From Candidatus Levybacteria bacterium RIFCSPHIGHO2_02_FULL_40_18 (GTDB taxonomy: Bacteria; Patescibacteriota; Microgenomatia; Levybacterales; GWA1-39-11): 64,000 bases of DNA. Numbering within the stretch: position 1 is the stretch's first letter; every line of letters begins with the position of its first letter. This document shows, piece by piece, positions 58,916 to 64,000 of this stretch. The stretch is taken from contig MFOC01000007.1 in the NCBI GenBank assembly GCA_001782235.1, positions 156,040 through 220,039 on the forward strand, written 5' to 3'. The notes under the pieces were generated by a model. It was not told where the DNA came from, did not search any database, and saw only the letters and a program-made list of their open reading frames with translations. The position numbers were made by a program, and so were the translations under genes.

Positions 58916-58975
58916 GAGTTCCCTCCTTGCAAGGTGGATTCATGGTTCGATCTTGCCTCACCATGCCTTGTACCG

Positions 58976-59335
58976 CTAGTCTTCGGCCTCCATTCCGGCA
59001 ATACCGAAGAGAACCAAAATTGCCAAGAGGATCAAGCCAAGTAATGCGGCCATCACCACTAGCACAGGCTCTCCTGTCAAGATGAAAGACGGTATTCCGA
59101 TCAGTGCTATAATCACCCATATCACTACAGTCGCTATGGTAAGAAGCGGATAGGACTTCAGCATTTTCTGCAAGCCATCCCTAACGAGATCGGTAACTCC
59201 CCAAACAAAGAAAATCAGGAAGCTGATAGCGTTGATCATGATTCTTCCTTTCTTTTGTCGCGATGCGACTGATACTTTGATCCGTGTCGATGTCAAAGAG
59301 CCAAGAGTCTCGATACCTCGCCATAGGCGGGCCAC
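58976..59335 (-). CDS. Small (3 TM) membrane protein of unknown function in the GC-rich island
   Basis: Likely starts at the internal Met (MINAISFLIFFVW…). A TTGCCC-17-TATAAT promoter candidate sits on the minus strand at 59350-59385. Confidence 0.3.
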   Translation of the reverse strand: MARLWRGIETLGSLTSTRIKVSVASRQKKGRIMINAISFLIFFVWGVTDLVRDGLQKMLKSYPLLTIATVVIWVIIALIGIPSFILTGEPVLVVMAALLGLILLAILVLFGIAGMEAED

Positions 59336-59439
59336 ACAGCTATTGTGTGTTTACGAGAAGCTTTCTCAAGGGCTGTATTATACTCTTCGACTTCGCTCAG
59401 GGCAAACCAAAACTATAAGGTGAGGGAGTTGGGGAAAGA

Positions 59440-59865
59440 CTATAGCTGTTTTACGTCGTCCTCGATGCCTTTAAGATCGGTCTCAGGGCTTCCAAGATCG
59501 ATTGTTTCTATATCTTCTTCAGAAAGCGGCGTGGGCGTTGGTGTTAGCGTGGGCGTTGGAACCTGTGTAGGGGCCGGAGTTACCTGTGCGTTGTTCTGAT
59601 TATTAAGCTGAGTTGCCAAGAAATAAGTTACCCCAAGAACTATAAGCAAAAGAATTCCAACTGCAATAAATAAAACCATTTTACTGTTCGGCGGCATGGC
59701 AGGCCCTCCTTGACTTGCGGGTGGTGTGAGGGGAGCAGTCGGTTGAGGAGGTGTTGGCGCCGCCCCGGAGGGGCTCTGCCCCGGAAGGGGTGGTGCGGGC
59801 GGAACGTTTCCCACAGGCACAGTGGGATTGTCAAGAGTTTGATTTTGTGGTTGATTTGGGTCCAT
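59440..59865 (-). CDS. Pro-rich single-TM protein, hypothetical
   Basis: PPAPPLPGQSPSGAAPTPPQPTAPLTPP ... TM ... TPAPTQVPTPTLTPTPTP. Contains GC-rich motif copy C at 59756..59790. Confidence 0.35.
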   Translation of the reverse strand: MDPNQPQNQTLDNPTVPVGNVPPAPPLPGQSPSGAAPTPPQPTAPLTPPASQGGPAMPPNSKMVLFIAVGILLLIVLGVTYFLATQLNNQNNAQVTPAPTQVPTPTLTPTPTPLSEEDIETIDLGSPETDLKGIEDDVKQL

Positions 59866-59866
59866 A

Positions 59867-60511
59867 TTATATGTTAGCTGAGCCTGTTGCCGTATTATCT
59901 TCGCCGCGAAGCTTTGCCGCTTCCATTATTGCTTTCATAACGGCTTGTTTTGCATCAACAATCAGCTTGTGCACTGCCTGAATGTCCAATCGGAACTGTG
60001 AAACCATTTGACCAATAGTATTTCGCAATGTTGATTCATCCGTAATATTTGCCGTATATTCTTTTGATTTTTGAGCATCAACTGCATTTTTCGCTGTCGT
60101 AATTGCGTTTGCCGCTGTCGTAATTGCCGCGTCGAGCGCCGTTGTGTCTTTCCCTTGTGCTTTGAAAGCTGCCGCCTTTTCCGTTACTCTATTAAGAATA
60201 TCTGTCAAATGATCCAATGCTTTATCCATTTTGTTAGTTAATCTTGCGTTTGCGCTTGCTACTTTATCAGCAATTCTCTCGGTAAGCAGCTGTTTTCTAG
60301 TATCTTTAATAGCTCTGATTTGGGATTTAAAAGCCTCCATTTTTTCTTTCATTTGTTCGCGTGTGTCCTGAACAAACTCTCGGCGATCCTCTTTTAAATT
60401 TATCAATCGATCGCGAGTTGTTTGGGGTGATGAGGTCGCGGTTTGAGCACCTATAGTTTTAGGATTAAATATTACGGCAATAAAGATTATTAGAACCAAG
60501 AATTTTCCCAC
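59867..60511 (-). CDS. Secreted alpha-helical / coiled-coil protein, hypothetical
   Basis: Signal peptide MGKFLVLIIFIAVIFNPKTIGAQT followed by heptad-rich helical sequence. Confidence 0.35.
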   Translation of the reverse strand: MGKFLVLIIFIAVIFNPKTIGAQTATSSPQTTRDRLINLKEDRREFVQDTREQMKEKMEAFKSQIRAIKDTRKQLLTERIADKVASANARLTNKMDKALDHLTDILNRVTEKAAAFKAQGKDTTALDAAITTAANAITTAKNAVDAQKSKEYTANITDESTLRNTIGQMVSQFRLDIQAVHKLIVDAKQAVMKAIMEAAKLRGEDNTATGSANI

Positions 60512-60551
60512 GTAAAATTATATTAGGGTATTTTTAAAATAATTTCAAGTT

Positions 60552-61202
60552 TTACTCCTCAATTCTTATGTTCCTATAATTACAGAAGGGGCAGGAAGGT
60601 GCGGGAGCAGGCATTTTTCCTTCAAGAATTCTTATTGCAGAGGCTATTTTTTTTGCAGTATTGGCAGGATTTCCGCGAAGCTTCTTAATATGAATGACCA
60701 TTGGAAATTTATCATGAAGCTCGGTTCCTTGATCTGGATAAACATACATAAGATATCCAAAATCTCCAACTTTTTTATTGTTTTGCGCGAGTAAGAAAAG
60801 GTAGGCGTCTATTTGGGATTGATAAGCAGCTAGCGTTTCTCGATCTCGAGGATCAGTGCTTGCAGTTTTAAAATCCAGAGGAATATGCTCCCCATTTTTC
60901 TCAACAATGCACTCATCAAGCTTCCCCTTGAATCCGTATCTATTATCAATTCGAATCCAATAAGTCTCCTGATATGGATTTTGAAGTTTTCCTTCAATTT
61001 TGCCTTGAATCATTGGGGGCAACTCACCGGTATTTCTATAGATGTTGAAGTAATTTTTGAGTACTTTATCAAACCTATTCGCAAGACGCGAAACTATTCC
61101 TTCAGGTTGATAAATGCCTTTAACATATTGAAGCCAAAAACATCTCGGGCAGCGCTCAAGTGCTTCAATTCCGGTATGCGACAGCCAAATAGTATTTGCC
61201 AT
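60552..61202 (-). CDS. Cas4/RecB-like PD-(D/E)XK nuclease family protein (DUF83-like) with paired CxxC motifs
   Basis: N-terminal ALERCPRCFWLQY (CPR-aromatic motif typical of Cas4/AddB-type nucleases), a central IPLDFKTAS block, and C-terminal CPFCNY. No cas neighbours. Confidence 0.4.
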   Translation of the reverse strand: MANTIWLSHTGIEALERCPRCFWLQYVKGIYQPEGIVSRLANRFDKVLKNYFNIYRNTGELPPMIQGKIEGKLQNPYQETYWIRIDNRYGFKGKLDECIVEKNGEHIPLDFKTASTDPRDRETLAAYQSQIDAYLFLLAQNNKKVGDFGYLMYVYPDQGTELHDKFPMVIHIKKLRGNPANTAKKIASAIRILEGKMPAPAPSCPFCNYRNIRIEE

Positions 61203-61258
61203 GTGACAAAATATTATAGAGATAAATCATATTAAAGTCGAGGGGCGTATTTTAGATA

Positions 61259-61879
61259 TTAAAATCCGAGGAAGTATTCGATTTTGGCCTTTTTACGAAG
61301 ATTTTCAACAAGAGATTGAATTTTTTGATTAATTTTATCCTGCTCAAGCTGTGCTTTTGCTTGCGATCTTAAATCTTCCGGTTTTGCATCTTGTGGCAGA
61401 GAAGCCTTATTTTGTTCAATAAAATCATCAATTTCTTTGTCTGAGACTTCGACTTTTCCCACAAGCTTTCTTAACAGAAGCTGGGTTTTTACCTCTTCTT
61501 TTAATTGTTGTTTTGTTAATCCTTGAAGAGCCAGTAGATCATCTAAATTTTGCCCCTGATCTTTTATGCTTTTTTCAATCTTTGAAATTTCATCATTAAT
61601 TTCATTATCAGAAACAATAATCTTCTTTTTCTTCGCTTCCTGAATTATTAATCTTTCATTTATAATTCCCTCAAGAGCATTTTTGCCTTCTTTTTTCTCA
61701 AGTGCCCGGATGAGCTCTATGCGGTTAATCTGTTCGCGATTTACACTTGCAACAACAAACTGATCCTTCAATAAACCGAGAGCTAATACAACGATTACAA
61801 TTGCAATCGGCAAAAGAAGACTTTTTATCTTGATACCAGTGAACCTATTGGATTTTTTAGCTTGAGAGCTTTTTGCCAT
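61259..61879 (-). CDS. SurA/PrsA N-terminal-domain-like chaperone protein, membrane anchored
   Basis: N-terminal TM then a helical domain (INERLIIQEAKKKKIIVSDNEINDEISKIE...) resembling the SurA_N fold. Confidence 0.35.
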   Translation of the reverse strand: MAKSSQAKKSNRFTGIKIKSLLLPIAIVIVVLALGLLKDQFVVASVNREQINRIELIRALEKKEGKNALEGIINERLIIQEAKKKKIIVSDNEINDEISKIEKSIKDQGQNLDDLLALQGLTKQQLKEEVKTQLLLRKLVGKVEVSDKEIDDFIEQNKASLPQDAKPEDLRSQAKAQLEQDKINQKIQSLVENLRKKAKIEYFLGF

Positions 61880-61891
61880 TCCGTGATTATA

Positions 61892-62638
61892 TCAGATATC
61901 TTCAATTTTTGTATCACTGACTTTTCCAAAACCACACCCGCCCGGATCAACCACTTCTGAACCACCTATTGCTTTTGCACTTTGGTGATTAAGGGCATGA
62001 TAATGCTCCACGGGTTTCTGATTTGTTTGGCATTCGGGACCAATTCCTGTTGTGAGCGCACTTATTGGAATCTTTTTTCCGTTAAAATCTATAACTTTTA
62101 CCCCGTTAGATAATTTTGATCTAACGGGGTTTATCTTTTGCGCAGGAGATGTGGGAAATGGGGCTGAAGCTTTTTCCGTTTGCGGACTCCGGAAATTTAT
62201 GACAATTCCGACAGCAACTATTATTGCTGCCGCAATTGTTATAATTCCCAAAGGGCCTTTGAATCCTGCAAGAATATTTTTTGTGCTGGTAAAAGCTTCT
62301 TGCGAATCGCCCTGCGTTTTCTCAAATTCACTTTTTACTCGTTTAACTTCTGATTTAAGCTGATTCCAGTTTCTTATGAAAAGCAAAAGCGCCTTTTTCC
62401 TATTTTTGTCCTCGCGGGTTTCCTCTGGCAAGTGCTCAACGCTTAGCCCAACAACATCACCCTCCTTAAATCGTAAAATTTGCGAATGCAGTTTAAATAA
62501 TCGGTTTAAGATTTCGTCTGCCTTTGGATTTATGCCGCGAAGTAAGGTTCGAATCGATTCTAATTTTTGAATTGTTGTTGAATCCTCTTGAAGTAAATCA
62601 TATGCGGCAAGAATTTTCTTTCTCGTCTCCTGATTCAT
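61892..62638 (-). CDS. Hypothetical protein with central TM
   Basis: 248 aa: N-terminal helical region, a TM (GIITIAAAIIVAVGIVI), and a C-terminal Cys/Gly-containing domain. Confidence 0.3.
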   Translation of the reverse strand: MNQETRKKILAAYDLLQEDSTTIQKLESIRTLLRGINPKADEILNRLFKLHSQILRFKEGDVVGLSVEHLPEETREDKNRKKALLLFIRNWNQLKSEVKRVKSEFEKTQGDSQEAFTSTKNILAGFKGPLGIITIAAAIIVAVGIVINFRSPQTEKASAPFPTSPAQKINPVRSKLSNGVKVIDFNGKKIPISALTTGIGPECQTNQKPVEHYHALNHQSAKAIGGSEVVDPGGCGFGKVSDTKIEDI

Positions 62639-62646
62639 AAATTTTC

Positions 62647-63315
62647 CTATATAAAATCAGATTCTCCCTCTTTTTTAGAACCATTTTTTGGTTCCTTTGT
62701 GGACTTAGAGTTATTTAAATCTTGGCCATTACCAGGTGTGCTTGTGATGATTGTTTTTGGGTGGGCAATTGGCTCAGGTAATTCTCCCAACATTTTCTTA
62801 ACTAAGGATTTATTTGCCCTTTCCATTTGTCCTAAGATAGCGCGCTCTATGTAGGCTGCGTCAATTCTCTCAAGCATTTTTTCAAGCTGAGGATCGGGTT
62901 TTTTAATTCCAAGCTCGCGCCTTATTTCTGCCAAAACCTCGAGAATTTTTGTTATCTCTTCTTCGGCTATCAAATTTATTCCCATGTGGACTTCATCGCG
63001 AATAGTTGAAATATATGCGCTTCTGTTTTGAGACACAAGTACAAATATTGCAAGGAATATTGCCTCAAGAGATACGACCATTGTAAGAAGACCAAAAGGG
63101 AAAGGGTCAAAAGGAACAATCCACGGAACATAATCAAGGTTTATAGTAACCCACCCAGTAAAAAATAGAACGTGAAATAATAAAAATGGGGTGGAGCCGC
63201 AAATTGCGGTTAGATCATCCGCAATTTGGGTAAGAAAGGAACGTCCGCGCAGGGATTTAGCCTCAAAAGATTTAAAGAATTGCCGCCGTGTTTCTGATCT
63301 CTTAAGAGATGCCAT
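62647..63315 (-). CDS. DUF1003-family membrane protein
   Basis: IADDLTAICGSTPFLLFHVLFFTGWVTINL...DPFPFGLLTMVVSLEAIFLAIFVLVSQNR matches the DUF1003 consensus. Confidence 0.6.
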   Translation of the reverse strand: MASLKRSETRRQFFKSFEAKSLRGRSFLTQIADDLTAICGSTPFLLFHVLFFTGWVTINLDYVPWIVPFDPFPFGLLTMVVSLEAIFLAIFVLVSQNRSAYISTIRDEVHMGINLIAEEEITKILEVLAEIRRELGIKKPDPQLEKMLERIDAAYIERAILGQMERANKSLVKKMLGELPEPIAHPKTIITSTPGNGQDLNNSKSTKEPKNGSKKEGESDFI

Positions 63316-63316
63316 A

Positions 63317-63412
63317 CTTAAAAAGTATCATACTTTTTAAGAAATTTCCAATTACCAATTGCCAGTTTCCAATGATTAACTGGCAAATGGAAACTGGAAA
63401 CTGGAGATTTCT
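63317..63412. repeat. Two consecutive palindromes: a perfect 12-bp hairpin abutting the DUF1003 start codon, and a 7-nt-periodic palindromic array (CCAATT / GGAAACT units)
   Basis: cttaaaaagtat-c-atactttttaag (63317-63342); ttccaattaccaattgccagtttccaatgattaactggcaaatggaaactggaaactgg (63345-63412). Confidence 0.6.
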
Positions 63413-63906
63413 CGGTAGTTTGCTCCGAGCGGAGAGAGTTTTGATTCGAATAAAGTTATTTTGCCAACAGTCATTTCCCAACTGATGTTCCGTTCGATTT
63501 GTTCATCCTTTAATTTCTCGAAATTTAGATGTTTGAACCGCGCTAAGGTTATATGGGTTTTGAATGGTCTTTTTTCAGGTTTTTTTTTAAGATGAACATT
63601 GATATTTTTCCTGAGTTCTAAAAGATCTCTTGGTGTTTGTGCTTCTGCCCAAAAAAGTCTTGGAGCAATGCTTGGACCCAAAGAGATACTATCGAATCTT
63701 ATCTCGAAATTCCGAATGAGAGATTTAAAAGAGGATAAATATTTAACCAAATCGTTAATTTTTGTTTCATACCATGGAGGGACTAAAGTGATATGGAGAT
63801 TTTCAGGCTTTATGAATCTAACAGGCAGATTTTTATGTTTTTCCTGCCACGCAAGAATTCGTTTTTGAATTTCTTCCGATGTTTTAATGCCGATAAAAAC
63901 CCTCAT
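63376..63906 (-). CDS. thpR: RNA 2',3'-cyclic phosphodiesterase / 2'-5' RNA ligase (LigT/ThpR, 2H family)
   Basis: Two H-x-T-x motifs (HITLV and HITLA) at the expected spacing. Confidence 0.7.
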   Translation of the reverse strand: MRVFIGIKTSEEIQKRILAWQEKHKNLPVRFIKPENLHITLVPPWYETKINDLVKYLSSFKSLIRNFEIRFDSISLGPSIAPRLFWAEAQTPRDLLELRKNINVHLKKKPEKRPFKTHITLARFKHLNFEKLKDEQIERNISWEMTVGKITLFESKLSPLGANYREISSFQFPFAS

Positions 63907-63907
63907 A

Positions 63908-64000
63908 ATTAGAAATTAGTTTTTGGAAAATAGAAATTAGTAATGGAAAGTGGAAAATAGAAAATAGCAAAAACAAAAACCAATTTCCAATTTCAAGTTT
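63908..64000. repeat. Palindromic GAAATTAG/GAAAATAG/TAATGGA element, copy 3 (truncated by window end)
   Basis: ttagaaattagtttttggaaaatagaaattagtaatggaaagtggaaaatagaaaatagcaaaaacaaaaaccaatttccaatttc. Shares extended identity with the copies at 4588 and 5866. Confidence 0.7.

Noticed and set aside
58287-59120. 277-aa ORF (Arg/Cys/His-rich, MGDYSTDRNTVFHLDRRACASGDG…) on the minus strand
   Set aside because: It overlaps the hydrophobic, well-behaved 174-aa ORF 58391..58915 in another frame. Its composition is what a random frame of 52% GC DNA produces, so it is treated as spurious.

Overview
This AT-rich window (about 35-38% GC) shows tight, frequently overlapping gene spacing, many small membrane proteins, and several housekeeping enzymes carrying low-complexity extensions. 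That combination resembles a Candidate Phyla Radiation (Patescibacteria-like) chromosome. I did not find an obvious new gene-encoded system. The most unusual content is repeat architecture rather than genes. All coordinates and repeats were indexed by hand from the printed sequence. At one site (16920-16965) the ORF track and the printed sequence disagree by a single base, so small-repeat coordinates may be off by about 1 nt. Most CDS starts and ends I take from the ORF track; a few starts are moved to an internal Met where that fits better.

Housekeeping genes recognised:
- UvrD/PcrA-type helicase, a partial FemAB-family gene at the window edge, tpiA, an LCP-family protein, rpsT, murJ.
- purM, then purN interrupted by a single in-frame TGA.
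- lepA, groES-groEL, cutA, tatD, metG.
- hrcA-grpE-dnaK behind a CIRCE-like operator, a ClpC-type ATPase, an S8 subtilase, and a DnaJ-like protein.

Two larger gene sets stand out:
- A cell-envelope glycosylation set: GT4, a SAM methyltransferase, three GT-C (ArnT/PMT-like) membrane transferases, GT2, an MraY/WecA-type transferase, a UbiA prenyltransferase, and a YYY/DUF2298 membrane protein.
- A type IV pilus locus on the minus strand: pilB, pilC, and five pilin or pseudopilin genes, plus PilN/PilO-like genes elsewhere.

Other single genes: a standalone GIY-YIG nuclease, an Avd/IVP-like four-helix-bundle protein, a Cas4-like nuclease, DUF1003, and 2'-5' RNA ligase.

No rRNA, tRNA, or CRISPR array could be supported. 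No ncRNA gene is annotated, though several conserved structured elements are reported as candidates under findings.

The repeat content is the main result:
1. 7-nt-periodic tandem repeats of many different unit sequences are pervasive in intergenic spacers, and several lie in-frame inside enzyme genes.
2. A palindromic GAAATTAG/GAAAATAG element family has three copies, one in-frame inside a CDS, which recalls Rickettsia palindromic elements.
3. A ~155-bp element with 13-bp terminal inverted repeats and nested stems is present in two copies.
4. A GC-rich 35-nt motif is embedded in-frame in the Pro-rich linkers of three different surface proteins.
5. A second family of gene-end repeats (GTATCA heptamers plus a TAGTCTAAT palindrome) occurs at three loci.
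6. Three pilin genes carry long perfect hairpins across the DNA encoding their leader peptide and prepilin cleavage site.
7. A 1.1-kb island of about 52% GC carries two small membrane proteins.
8. The GIY-YIG gene is flanked by a 16-nt direct repeat that duplicates the start of the pilN-like gene, suggesting a mobile insertion.
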